Of a stretch of 64,000 nt of DNA, positions 38,741 through 50,200 are shown in pieces. The notes under the pieces are model-generated. The model made no database searches, had not been told where the DNA came from, and saw only the letters and a list, made by a program, of their open reading frames with translations. The DNA comes from Promethearchaeota archaeon (GTDB lineage Archaea; Asgardarchaeota; Lokiarchaeia; Sigyniarchaeales; SOKP01), in NCBI GenBank assembly GCA_030603385.1, contig JAUVXW010000008.1:64001-128000 (forward strand), given 5' to 3'. The position numbers were made by a program, and so were the translations under genes. How positions within the stretch are numbered: position 1 is the stretch's first letter; each line of letters starts with the position of its first letter.

Positions 38741-41188
38741 TTGACTTCAGAACAAATTGAAGAGATATTGTTAAAAGAAGAGATGGTAAGTAGCTATATA
38801 GATTATAGCATGAGCGTAATCATCGGAAGGGCCATTCCTGATGTAAGAGATGGACTTAAACCTGTTCAGAAAAGAATTATCTATGCGATGTCTGAAGGTG
38901 GATGGGATTCGCGTTCTTCTCTTGTTAAATGTGCTAAAATAGTAGGACAAGTTTTAGGGAATTATCATCCTCATGGGGATTCAGCTATATATGGTGCGCT
39001 TGTAAGAATGGGGCAGGATTTTTCTCTAAGATATCCATTAATAGATCCACAAGGTAATTTTGGTTCAGTTGATGGAGATCCTCCCGCAGCTTATAGATAT
39101 ACAGAAGCAAGACTTTCTCGTATTTCTGATGAATTAATTGAGGATATAAATAAAGAGACTGTCGAATTTATACCAAACTTTGATGATAGTAAGGTTGAAC
39201 CTGTTTATTTACCTGCAAAATTGCCAAATATTCTAATAAATGGGACAAAGGGTATTGCTGTAGGTATGGCTACTTCAATGCCTCCTCATAATTTAAATGA
39301 AATTTGTCAAGGTATAATTGCCACTATTGACGATCCTGAAATATCAATTCAAGAACTTATGGAAATTATTAAAGGTCCTGATTTTCCTACAGGAGGGTTT
39401 ATTTCAGATATAAATGGTATTTATAATGCATACACTACTGGAATTGGTAATGTAAATATTAGAGGGAATGTTGAAACTGAGGTTAAAGGTGAAAAAACTA
39501 GCTTAATTATTACAGAAATTCCTTATTTAGTAAACAAATCTTTATTGATAGAATCAATTGCTAAATTAATAAGGGATGGTGTTCTTAAAGATATAAGAGA
39601 TTTAAGAGACGAATCTGATAGACACGGGATGCGTATAGTTATAGATTTAACTAAAAATGCTCAACCCGTTATCATTAAAAACATCTTATTTAAAAGAACT
39701 AGACTGTTTAACAGTTTTAATATTATTAACTTAGTTTTAATTAACAATGGAAAGCAACCAAAAATTTTAACTTTAAAAGAAATAATTCAAGAATATATAA
39801 ATCATCGTCTCCTCATCATTAAAAGGAGAATAGAATTTGATCTAAGAAAAGCTGAGGATCGTCTTCATAAAGTAGAAGGTCTACTCATTGCTTTGAATGA
39901 TATTGATAACGTTGTAAATATAATTAAAAAAGCGAAGGATACAAAAGAAGCAAAGATAAAATTAATAGAAGCCTACAGCTTAAGTGAAATTCAGGTTCAA
40001 GCGATACTGAGCATGCAATTATCCCGTTTGACTAATTTAGAAAATCAAAAATTAGTAGATGAGGAGAAATCACTTAATGAGAGCATTAAAAAATACAAAG
40101 AAATTATAGCGAGCGAGCAAATACAGTTAGATATAATAAAGGGTGAACTAACTGATCTAAGTGAAAAATATGGAGATCCAAGGAAATCTAAAATAGAATT
40201 AAGTGGAGATGAATCGCTTAATGAAATTGAAAAAAAAGACCTTATTAAAAATGAGCCAACGATAGTTATTTTTACAAAGAATCAATATATAAAAAGGATT
40301 TCAGTTGAAGAATATCGTACTCAAGGAAGAGGGGGGCGTGGTAAAAAAGGAATGACCATACGTGAAGAAGATTTCATTATAGATTTATTTGTATGTTCTA
40401 CACACGATACAATTCTGGTGTTTACCTCAAAAGGAAGAGTTTATTCAATAAAAAGTTATAATATTTCCCTTCAAAAACGCACAGCGCGTGGAAAACCAAT
40501 TATTAATTTAATACCCCTACAACCTGGTGAAAAGATATCTTCAATGATACCCATTAATAACTTTAATACCAATGAAATGCTCATAATGACAACGAAAAAT
40601 GGGATAATAAAGAAATCCCCGCTAAAACTGTTTTCAAAATTTAGAAGTACAGGTGTTAGAGCTCAACGAATAAGACCAGATGATGAATTAGTAAGTGTAA
40701 AAAGGCTTTCAAACGAGCTAGAAGATATTTTTATAGCAACGAAACTTGGATACGCTATTAGATTTGACGAATCTGAATTGCGAGAGTTAGGAAGAACCTC
40801 TATGGGTGTAAAAGGCGCGGATTTAAGAGAAGGAGATGAAGTCATTGACTCACTTTTAGTCTCAAATGATGAAATCATCTTAACTTTAACTAAAAACGGA
40901 TATGGTCAAAGAACCTTCGTAAAGGAATATAGAAAAACAGGTAGAAGCGCCAAAGGAGTCATAAACATAACACTAAATAAAATAAAAAATGATAAAGTAA
41001 TCGCGATTAAAATTGCTAAACATATGGATCTATTAATTGGAACAGAACAAGGGCAAATGATAAGAGTACCTGTAGATTCAATAAGAATTACTCATAGAAA
41101 GGCAAAGGGTGTTAGGGTCATTAAGTTGTATGAAAATGATTCGGTAATTGGAATCGGAAAGTGTGAAAAAGAAGATCAAATATCTTAA
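38741..41188 (+). CDS. gyrA: DNA gyrase subunit A
   Basis: [26 protein letters not shown], GyrA-box QGRGGRG, beta-pinwheel repeats. Confidence 0.96.
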   Translation: MTSEQIEEILLKEEMVSSYIDYSMSVIIGRAIPDVRDGLKPVQKRIIYAMSEGGWDSRSSLVKCAKIVGQVLGNYHPHGDSAIYGALVRMGQDFSLRYPLIDPQGNFGSVDGDPPAAYRYTEARLSRISDELIEDINKETVEFIPNFDDSKVEPVYLPAKLPNILINGTKGIAVGMATSMPPHNLNEICQGIIATIDDPEISIQELMEIIKGPDFPTGGFISDINGIYNAYTTGIGNVNIRGNVETEVKGEKTSLIITEIPYLVNKSLLIESIAKLIRDGVLKDIRDLRDESDRHGMRIVIDLTKNAQPVIIKNILFKRTRLFNSFNIINLVLINNGKQPKILTLKEIIQEYINHRLLIIKRRIEFDLRKAEDRLHKVEGLLIALNDIDNVVNIIKKAKDTKEAKIKLIEAYSLSEIQVQAILSMQLSRLTNLENQKLVDEEKSLNESIKKYKEIIASEQIQLDIIKGELTDLSEKYGDPRKSKIELSGDESLNEIEKKDLIKNEPTIVIFTKNQYIKRISVEEYRTQGRGGRGKKGMTIREEDFIIDLFVCSTHDTILVFTSKGRVYSIKSYNISLQKRTARGKPIINLIPLQPGEKISSMIPINNFNTNEMLIMTTKNGIIKKSPLKLFSKFRSTGVRAQRIRPDDELVSVKRLSNELEDIFIATKLGYAIRFDESELRELGRTSMGVKGADLREGDEVIDSLLVSNDEIILTLTKNGYGQRTFVKEYRKTGRSAKGVINITLNKIKNDKVIAIKIAKHMDLLIGTEQGQMIRVPVDSIRITHRKAKGVRVIKLYENDSVIGIGKCEKEDQIS

Positions 41189-41547
41189 CTTTTATTTTTA
41201 AGATATGGAACAAGGCAAATAAATACAAGATTATCTTTACCTAAATTATCTATTCCATGTTTTTCATTAGGTGGAATGTATATTATATCTCCCATTTTTG
41301 CCTTTTCTTGCTGCCCTTTATCATTATAAAATTTACCCTCCCCAGATAATACATATATCTCATGATCTTCTGGATGATTGTGAAGTGGAACCATTCCCCC
41401 CGGTTTAATTTCAAATCGTCTCATCGCAAAATTCTTTGCACCAGAATTTGTGTCAATTAACCATCTCACATAAACATCCTTTACTTCTCTCCCATCCATT
41501 AAAGTAGCTTGTTTTTCTTCTACATCTGCATAATTTTTTTTTATCAT
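41185..41547 (-). CDS. cupin domain protein
   Basis: [32 protein letters not shown]. Confidence 0.9.
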   Translation of the reverse strand: MIKKNYADVEEKQATLMDGREVKDVYVRWLIDTNSGAKNFAMRRFEIKPGGMVPLHNHPEDHEIYVLSGEGKFYNDKGQQEKAKMGDIIYIPPNEKHGIDNLGKDNLVFICLVPYLKNKS

Positions 41548-41621
41548 AATTTAAACAAAATTCTTAATCTATTAAAATGATATCAAATTAAAATTAAATT
41601 AGATAAAGATAGGTTCCCACC

Positions 41622-42554
41622 ATGACAAAGAAAATTTCTATTGGTTTTGACCATACTCATAATAATAAGCTTATTATCGAAAATCAAGCTTTTACTGACT
41701 TTATACAGTACTTATTTGATTCCGGTTTTCAACTAGGAAAAATTGAGGCTGGAATAACTTCTGAAAAACTAGCTAGTTATGATCTTTTCATAATTGGAGT
41801 CCCACATTTGGGTCCTAATTTAGGTTTAGATGAGATAAAAGATTTAGTCGATTATGTTAAGAATGGTGGAAGTCTCCTTATAATAAATGATGGTGGTGGA
41901 GACTACGAAAACAAAAATAATTTATCTGAATTAACCAAAAACTTTGGGATAAGTTTTAATAATGATATATTGTATGATAACAAATCGTTCTCCCAAGAAA
42001 ATTCTCATCCTATTATTAAAGATTTCAGCCCTCATTATATAACAAGAGATTTAAACCAATTCATACACTCTAATGGTTGTACATTAACAGTAGATAAGTC
42101 TATTGAAGATGAGAAAATTGATGTTAATAGTATTGCATATTCTTCAGAAAACACTTCATGGCATAGTTATCTAAATGAAGATGGTTGGCATGATGAATCA
42201 TTGCAGCATCTTCCTATTATAGGGGCAGTACACTATGATATAGGGAAAGTTGTTACCATTGGTAATCTCTCAATATTTTCAAGTTTAAATAAACTATATG
42301 GCATCAGTGCGGCAGATAACTTTAAATTGGTATCTAATGTTATTTCTTGGTTATTGAACAAAGCTGGTTCTGAAGAAGAAAGGGCGTTAAAGCCTATCTT
42401 CTCAACTGTTGCGATAAGTCAAGACCTATTTTATTGGACTAAAGATATGATAAATCTAGGAAGATGGAAAAACCTTGAAGAAGCAATCAATTTTGCTTTA
42501 AGAATAGTTAAACTAAGATTGAAGGAATCTAAGAAGAATGATAAAGACGAATAA
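41622..42554 (+). CDS. GldG/IFT52 (GIFT)/DUF4350-like protein with C-terminal ribbon-helix-helix-like tail
   Basis: FDHTHNN, YDLFIIG.P, DYVKNGGSLL, GKVVTIG, DNFKLVSNVISWL; tail GRWKNLEEAINFAL. Confidence 0.6.
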   Translation: MTKKISIGFDHTHNNKLIIENQAFTDFIQYLFDSGFQLGKIEAGITSEKLASYDLFIIGVPHLGPNLGLDEIKDLVDYVKNGGSLLIINDGGGDYENKNNLSELTKNFGISFNNDILYDNKSFSQENSHPIIKDFSPHYITRDLNQFIHSNGCTLTVDKSIEDEKIDVNSIAYSSENTSWHSYLNEDGWHDESLQHLPIIGAVHYDIGKVVTIGNLSIFSSLNKLYGISAADNFKLVSNVISWLLNKAGSEEERALKPIFSTVAISQDLFYWTKDMINLGRWKNLEEAINFALRIVKLRLKESKKNDKDE

Positions 42555-43068
42555 AGACGAATTATTGATTGGATTGATTGGTGATACTCACATTCCTTCG
42601 AGAGTATCAGAAATCCCCGCTCATATATTAAATGATTTTAAGGAAAAAAAAATTGACTATTTAATCCACGTCGGAGATTTCACTGATTTGAAAGTATATA
42701 ATAACCTTCTAGAAACATTTGGAAAAGATAAAGTAATTGGGATTTTAGGAAATATGGATAATCATCAGTTAAAAAAAATCCTACCTGAAAAAGTCGAATT
42801 AAATTTATATGGACACAATATTTTCATAACACACGGGACGGGAGGACCAAATATTATAATAAAAAGGTTGAATAAATTGTTTGATTTAACTGATTATGAT
42901 ATCATAATTTTTGGTCACGTTCATCACCCATATAATGAAAGATGGAGAGATGGAAAGCTATATATTAGTCCAGGCTCCCCCACTGACAAAGTTTTTACTG
43001 ATATTAACTCTTATGGTTTTCTTAGGATATCTAAGGAAAAAATTGAACCTGAAATTGTATATTTATAA
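42538..43068 (+). CDS. YfcE/Vps29-family metallophosphoesterase
   Basis: GDTHIP, HVGD, GNMD, THG, FGHVH, SPGS. Confidence 0.88.
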   Translation: MIKTNKDELLIGLIGDTHIPSRVSEIPAHILNDFKEKKIDYLIHVGDFTDLKVYNNLLETFGKDKVIGILGNMDNHQLKKILPEKVELNLYGHNIFITHGTGGPNIIIKRLNKLFDLTDYDIIIFGHVHHPYNERWRDGKLYISPGSPTDKVFTDINSYGFLRISKEKIEPEIVYL

Positions 43069-43235
43069 AAATAATCTAATTTTAATCTTCTTTGGGTCAA
43101 TAACTAATGCTAATATTTCTATATGTTTACTATTAAAGGAATAGTTAAAAAAATAAATCATTAAAAAAAATAAATATATCAAAGCTTAACTATAAAAATT
43201 CCAGAAAACTAAAGCAAGAATTTTTTTAAAAAAAG

Positions 43236-43970
43236 GTGAATTTAATTAAAGATCCTAAGGACTATATTTGGGCTCTACCTATTATTGGTGGTGTATTAAT
43301 ACTTATCTCTTTTTTTACCCCAGCTCATTATTTTAATGAATTTGGGCTTGATGCAAATTATTGGATGTGGGGATTATATCATTTATCCGCTCCCGGTTAT
43401 GGTTCTGAAACCATTTTTATGTTTACAGAAGAATTTGGTCCTTCACAATATACGATGTCTATATTTTTCTCAGGCCTTATTCCTGCAGTACTAATATTGA
43501 TTGGGTCAATAATACTTATTGCTTCTTCCAATGCTGTTAGGACTGGCGGAAGAGATATTAAAAATGTTGAAAATGGATGGATTGGGATAGGAGTCGTGAT
43601 GATCATAGCTTCAATAATCTATATTATTGGAATAGATATTACTTGGATGAATTTGACGGAATATGTATATGAACAAGAGTATGGGCCTATGCCACCAGGA
43701 TCACCAGGCTTTTGGGATATATTTGACCCCGGGTTTGCTGTTATTGCTCCATTTATTGGAGCTGGATTGTCTATTGCTGGAAGTATTGCTAGTAAAACTA
43801 TTAAACCCAGAGAGGAACCTATATTTGTTGGAGAAAAAAAGGGAATCATAACAAAAAAGCCAATAGGCGAAAAATCTCATCAGATTAACTTCCGTTCTGA
43901 ATGTGGTCATCAACTTTTATATAGTGGAACTAAATTTTGCTCACATTGTGGAAATGAATTAAAATATTAA
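43236..43970 (+). CDS. four-TM membrane protein with C-terminal double zinc ribbon (first Cys lost)
   Basis: FRSECG...KFCSHCG. Confidence 0.75.
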   Translation: MNLIKDPKDYIWALPIIGGVLILISFFTPAHYFNEFGLDANYWMWGLYHLSAPGYGSETIFMFTEEFGPSQYTMSIFFSGLIPAVLILIGSIILIASSNAVRTGGRDIKNVENGWIGIGVVMIIASIIYIIGIDITWMNLTEYVYEQEYGPMPPGSPGFWDIFDPGFAVIAPFIGAGLSIAGSIASKTIKPREEPIFVGEKKGIITKKPIGEKSHQINFRSECGHQLLYSGTKFCSHCGNELKY

Positions 43971-44086
43971 TGAATCTTAGATAAAGAGTTACCATCTACA
44001 ATTATATTTATTTTTGGCAATTTAATTTAAGATAGGAAACGCTTAGATAAAACAATTCTAATTAAAAACAGTAGAAAAAAATTAAT

Positions 44087-44716
44087 TTATGCTGCTTCCA
44101 TTGACTTTCCTGAAAGCTTTTTATAGTGATTTAGGACTGCTTGACGAGCCGCATAGACAAAAGCTCTCTTTACATTAATTCCTTGGATAGCAATTGTTTC
44201 ATAAATTAATGTATGGTCTAAATGTGCAGTATCCAATGCTTTTCTAATTTTAGATACTTCCACGATATCCTCTAGGTCGCGTTTATTGGCTAAAACTACC
44301 ATAGGCACATCCGGTTGGTCAAAGAGTTTTTCTGGTATCATTTTATTACCATAAAATCGTAGTAATTCCTTTAAACTCCAAATATTTTCGGTCCATTGGT
44401 CAATTAAAGAATCCCAGGTAAAAATAAGAGCATCCGTGCCTTTAAGAACAGTTTGACGTTGGAATTTGTGTCTTCGTTGTCCCGCAACAGTATAAACCTG
44501 AAAAACCACATTGGAAACCCGTGCCACAACACGATCAAAAAATAGTGTGCGTCCTGTGGGATCTTGTATCTGTTGCATATCTCCAGAGGCTAATCCTTCA
44601 CGACGATATACCCAATCCAGTGCGGTTGTTTTACCCCCAAGTGATGGACCGTAGAAACAAATTTTGAATACTAAGGTTCCATCGCCTCTTCTACTAGGAA
44701 TACCTGCCACCTCCAA
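44087..44716 (-). CDS. MglA-like small GTPase
   Basis: KICFYGPSLGGKTT, RTLFFD, TVAGQ, NKRDL, ETIA. Confidence 0.88.
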   Translation of the reverse strand: MEVAGIPSRRGDGTLVFKICFYGPSLGGKTTALDWVYRREGLASGDMQQIQDPTGRTLFFDRVVARVSNVVFQVYTVAGQRRHKFQRQTVLKGTDALIFTWDSLIDQWTENIWSLKELLRFYGNKMIPEKLFDQPDVPMVVLANKRDLEDIVEVSKIRKALDTAHLDHTLIYETIAIQGINVKRAFVYAARQAVLNHYKKLSGKSMEAA

Positions 44717-45009
44717 GATTTTTGACTTTCATTATAATCAATTATATCTACTTGAAAATTTATAATTTAAAATTCAGATTTATATTATTAAATCAATAAA
44801 ACTCTTGTAATATAAAAATTTGCAAAAGAAAAGTTTTGCGATTATTAACTATTAAAAACCTTGTTCTTATTTGTATTTACTTCTAATATCCAAATATTAT
44901 TAATAGGTTGTGAACCAAAATTAATTTAAATAATTAAAAGCTATTAAAAATATATAATTTTAAACATACTTAATAAAATTGATAGAAAATTTTAAGAGGT
45001 GTAGAGAGA

Positions 45010-45726
45010 ATTTATTGTAAAATTAATGGAGTTAATATTCCGCTTGTATCAACAGGAACATCACCTTTTTTCGGACCACCTACATTTGGAAATAGAGCCC
45101 AAGCTTACCGAGAAAAATTTATGACAAATGCAGATGCAATGCTGGAAATTATGGAAGGATGTTATGAAGCAGGAGGTCGAGGTATTGAAGCAGTACCTGG
45201 GGGTGCTGTCTGTAAGGCTATCAAAATAATGAAAGAAACACACAATGATTATATAGTGACCGGTTCTACTTTGCCAGGGCCTAATCCTAATGTTGAGGAC
45301 TTAATTGATGTTGAAGCAAAAGTAATTTTTGTGCATGGTGCTTATTCAGATAGAAAAGATGAAACGCTCCTCAAGTTATTAGATGATATTTCCTCTCGAG
45401 GTGTCATCCCTGGAGTAGCTACTCATAATCCGCTTTCTACCATAAATTACATTTTTGAAAATGCTCCAGATGTTAAGGCATTTCTGATCCCTTTCAATGC
45501 TAATGGGTTTATGATGGGAGACAAAATAGCTTTAGAAGAATTGGTTGATACAAATAGTGACTGCCACTTTATTGGCATGAAAACTCTGGATACTGGACGA
45601 TTAGAACCAGAAAAGGCATTTGAATACATTTCTAAACATAATATTTGTGCTGTTGCGATTGGTATGGTGGGGGTTGAGGAAGCACAAATTTCTACTAAGG
45701 TTGCTCTAAACGCTTTGCAAAAGTAA
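45010..45726 (+). CDS. archaeal TIM-barrel protein (aldo/keto-reductase-like); start upstream of the track ATG, probably ATT
   Basis: In-frame IPLVSTGTSPFFG..FG.RA..Y upstream of 45121; GVATHNP, GMKTL..GRL.P..AF.Y; AGGTG SD at ~44997. Confidence 0.65.
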   Translation: MYCKINGVNIPLVSTGTSPFFGPPTFGNRAQAYREKFMTNADAMLEIMEGCYEAGGRGIEAVPGGAVCKAIKIMKETHNDYIVTGSTLPGPNPNVEDLIDVEAKVIFVHGAYSDRKDETLLKLLDDISSRGVIPGVATHNPLSTINYIFENAPDVKAFLIPFNANGFMMGDKIALEELVDTNSDCHFIGMKTLDTGRLEPEKAFEYISKHNICAVAIGMVGVEEAQISTKVALNALQK

Positions 45727-45844
45727 TTAAAATTAATAAATGGTTTTCTATTAAGATGTACAAAAATGACTCAGAGATTCATATCTTCTTTGATGATTAT
45801 GATCATCAAAATTATGATTATAGAAAACATTAAGTTGAAGTAAT

Positions 45845-46999
45845 TTAGTAAAAAGGATTATGGTATCTTCCTTCTTCTTGTCGAGGTTGATATAATGTCT
45901 TTTGTCTAATTTCCTTATCAATCAAACCTTCGATATGACATAAATATTCATATTCATCCTTTAAGCAAAGCGTTATCGCGACACCTTTTTTGCTCATTCG
46001 AGAAGTCCTTCCAATTCGGTGGACATAGACATCAGGAAATTTAGGAATATCATAATTGAACACATGAGAAATATTTTCAATATCTAAACCTCTCGCGGCA
46101 ACATCAGTGGCGATAAGCATATTAATTTTATGGTTTCTAAAAGCTGAAAGTACATTTTCACGTTGAGCCTGCGAAAGACTACCGGAAATTATATTCACTC
46201 GATAATCAAAATTTCTAGCTGATTTCAACCTGTTTGATAACCAGGCTGCTGTCTTTTTCGTATTTACAAAAACTAATGCATGTTTAGGTTTTTCTCTTCT
46301 TAGTATCTTCAGAAAAGTGTTAAATTTCTGTTGGTAACTATCAATCATATAATAGAATTGCTTAGTACTTCCAACTGTTATATTATCTCTACTCAAATTT
46401 AAAAAATTAAACTTGTTTTTTGAAAATCTTTTAACAAGTTCTCTAATTTCTGAATAGAGGGTTGCTGAAAATAATAGAAACTGATAGTCTGTTTTTATTT
46501 GATTTAAGATAAATTGAACATCAGGAGCAAATCCCATATCCCAAAGACGATCTCCCTCGTCTAAAATAACGAACCGAAGGTTTCTAAAGTGGAGATTCCT
46601 CCTTTTATAGAGATCAATAACTCTCCCAGGGGTCCCTACGATTATATTAACACCTTGCTCTAGCTTTCTTATTTGGTTAGTAATCGAGACACCACCATAT
46701 ATCGTCATAGATTTAACTTTTGGATTTCTTAAATCTCTTATAACCCCTTCAACTTGTTTAGCAAGTTCCCTTGTTGGTACTAAAATAAGAGCCTCGTTGT
46801 CAAGGAATTTTAAGTTTTCTATTATAGGAAGTACAAAAGCTAAAGTTTTCCCACTTCCTGTCTTAGCTTGAGCCATAATATTTTGACCCTCTAATATTAA
46901 AGGGATGGCTACTTTTTGGACAGGCGTAGGTTTAAGTATATTCAAATTCCGTAAAGCGTTAACATTTTTACTGTTAATGCCTAATTCTTCAAAATTCAG
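45845..46999 (-). CDS. DEAD-box RNA helicase (motif II DEGD); CTG start
   Basis: NFEELGI...PTPVQ, AKTGSGKT, PTRELA, TPGR, SAT, ARGLD, HRIGRTSR. Confidence 0.92.
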   Translation of the reverse strand: MNFEELGINSKNVNALRNLNILKPTPVQKVAIPLILEGQNIMAQAKTGSGKTLAFVLPIIENLKFLDNEALILVPTRELAKQVEGVIRDLRNPKVKSMTIYGGVSITNQIRKLEQGVNIIVGTPGRVIDLYKRRNLHFRNLRFVILDEGDRLWDMGFAPDVQFILNQIKTDYQFLLFSATLYSEIRELVKRFSKNKFNFLNLSRDNITVGSTKQFYYMIDSYQQKFNTFLKILRREKPKHALVFVNTKKTAAWLSNRLKSARNFDYRVNIISGSLSQAQRENVLSAFRNHKINMLIATDVAARGLDIENISHVFNYDIPKFPDVYVHRIGRTSRMSKKGVAITLCLKDEYEYLCHIEGLIDKEIRQKTLYQPRQEEGRYHNPFY

Positions 47000-47266
47000 T
47001 TTATTTCACAAAAAGTTTTATCGTTTTTTCACACAATTTCAAGAAGGAAAATGATTCTTTAAAGAAAAAGCTTTCTATAATTACTTTTAATATTGTACTT
47101 ATAATATATTGTAAGTTCGAAAATTCTTTACAATATTTCATTTAGAAAAATTCGTGTAATTGTTTCGTTCATTTTCCGATTTCCGAATATTAAAAAACAT
47201 GGAGTAACATCATATATAAAGATAAATCGAATTTGAAAAGAGATAAAAAAGTTTTGGGCTTTAAAA

Positions 47267-50200
47267 ATGAAAGAACTCTTGAAAATGTATGATGTTTCTG
47301 AGGAAGCTATTAAAGTATATCTTGAAGGAGTAGGTAAATTTCCATTTACATTATCAGAAATACATAAAACTTTACCAAAATCTTCGGTTGATGAAGTTAA
47401 ACAAACTGTGAGTGAGCTTATTGACAAAAAACTGGTTTTAATTATGAAATCTAAATTTTCAGACATTTTTCCTCATTATCTTTTTCTTCCACCATTCGCA
47501 GCAGTGATTAATGCTTTCTCAAAATTAGATGAAAATTATGAGGATATAACCCCTCAAGTTAAAGAAGACAACACTACGATTGAAGTGTTTCAAGATAATT
47601 TATTGCAAGATATTGAATTGATTAGTCAAGATTTAATAGAAGTAATTTCAACTCAATTTGAAGGCAATCAGACAACAGAGATTTTATCTGAAGTTGAGAA
47701 AAATGTTAAGAAATTCTCTCAAGTATTGTTAACTGAAGTAAATGAATTAATTGCAAAATTAAAAACACGATCCATAGTTAATGAGATTGAAATTGAGCGT
47801 GTAATGAGAGCTGTTAATCAGAAAATTGATGAATCTGAAGAAATAATTTCTAATATGTTTACTCAATTTAGAGATATCATTGGTGAGATGGGTTCAGCAA
47901 GTATAAATACTGAAGTTGAATCATTTAAAACATTTATTAGAAAATTAGGTGAATCAATTGATAAGAGAAGTAATGAAATTGTCCAAGATCCAAAGTCTTC
48001 ACCTTTAAAAAATCAACAAAAGTTAGAACAATCATTCTACAATGTCTTAATAGATTATATAAGTAAGGATCATATTTCTGTTGACAAATTTCTACCTCTT
48101 AATAGCCTTGAAAAGATACAAGAAATTATTACTCTTTTGTTAGAAAGATGTAAAGAAGAATTAATTATAATCGTTCCAAATATAGAAGACTTTATACCCC
48201 TAGATGAATTTGATTTAGAATATTCTGAAGACGCTGATTCTGAGCTTTCCATAAGGAATATATCTCCAACTTTAAAGAAGCCAGTTATACCTCCAAAGAG
48301 CAAACCTTCCATTAGTAAGAAACAGAAAAAAGAATTAATAGAAAAGATTGATTTTACAGCAAAACGAGTTGCTGACCTTAAAGGATATGAGTTGAGTCAT
48401 GATGTCGCTGATATTTTAGCAAAGATTTCAGAAATTAATCCTGAATCTCTTATCATCGAGAATGTACAAGGTTGGTTAAATAGGTTATTACTTATAAGGA
48501 GATTTCTTGATCAAAATACGCAATATTTAATACTAGAAGATATTGAGAAATGGAAAAAAGATTATTTAAAAATTAAGAAAAAAGAAGCTGAACCTGAGCA
48601 GACTGTAAAAGATGGCTCTGAGAGTGCGATATACAATGGAAAAAACATTGATCCTGGAATGATAGTCAAAGATTTAAAATTATCAATAATTTCTACTGAA
48701 CTCCATAACAATAAACATGTTAATGCTCTAAAAAAGAAGGGTATTGAATATTTAAGGCTTAAGAATAATAATACAGTTGCCATTATTGGAGATGGTATGT
48801 ATTTAGTATTTGGTATTAGTCAAAAGATTAAAAAAGATTCCAATTATGAAATTACTGGATTTACTACATCGTTTAAACCTTTAATGGAGCTGATCCAACC
48901 AAATATTCTAAAAATTATTAATGAAGCTAAACCAACTAGGGAAATTCAGATTAATGAAGGATTTAATGAAATTATCGAGAATATAAATGATTATAGCGGA
49001 AAGAAAATATCCACAAAATTAAAGGATCTACTTAATGTAGCTTTTGAAAAGGACGGGATCTCCCTTAATATTTTAGAATTTAAGTTGTTGGTTAGCAAGT
49101 TAGAAAAGATTTATTACCCTCTAGAGGATGATATGAAAGCATACGTAATTGAAGAATTGGATAAATTGAATAAAGAATTTTCCTCGTTAGAATTAATGTA
49201 TCCCCCAGAGTTTAGACCTCCAATTATTGATGAGAAATCAACAGAAGTATTAGAACAAGGACTTGAGTCTGAAGATAAAGAAATTGAACCGCTGGATCCT
49301 GAGAAAGTGAATAACCTTTTCGATCTCTTTTTGGAAAAAATTGATGACCTTAAAGGTGTAGAGTTAGGGGTTCAGATTGATAAATTCATAGAAGTAATTT
49401 TAAAATTGCAAGGTCATTCACAAATCGTTGATTGGAAGAGTAATTTATCTAATTTAGATAAGGCATTAGATGAACCACTTAAAGAAAAAATAAGACAGGA
49501 TTTCCTTACTTGGAAGAAAGGGATTTTAAATCCAGCACTTACAGGTCAAACACCAAAATCGGAAGAATATGTTGATTCATCGGCAACTCAGAAAGATTAC
49601 ATGTCCGAAATTGAAGAGGAATACATAAGTCCTGGATTATCACAATCACAATTTCAATCAGATGACATTACTTCTTCTGAATCTAAAGGTGATAGTGAAG
49701 AACAAAAAATTGATCCATCTGTAAAAATGAAAGAGGAATTTGACGATATTGAGAAAAATTTCACGGAATTAAACGGTGTGGATATTAGTAAAAAAATACA
49801 AAATATTGTTGATATATTTTTAGAAACTGAAGGGTATTCAATGGATCTTAAAGAAATTAAAGATTGGATAAGTAAACTTCGAAGAATAAGAAAGCCACTT
49901 GATGATGAGATCAAAGAAGATTTTGTTATAGCTTTCTTTAAATGGAAAGAAAAATATTCAAAAGGAGACTCAGACAACCAGACATTAGATTTTGGTCCTT
50001 CTTTTGAATATTCAGAAGAAGATCATGATACTCTTGATGGGGAAAACAGAAAAAGTTTAAATAATAAAATCGAAAGTTTGATTCAAGCCACTAATATCTC
50101 TACAGGCAATAAATTGAGTGGTGAATTGCAAGATATATCAGATATTGTTTTGCGATCTCATGGCGCTGTCGCTGCCAATGTTATAAGACAATGGATTAGT

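Noticed and set aside
35909-41188. Inteins in gyrase, or a topoisomerase IV assignment
   Set aside because: Lengths are normal with no intein motifs; the GyrA-box is present.
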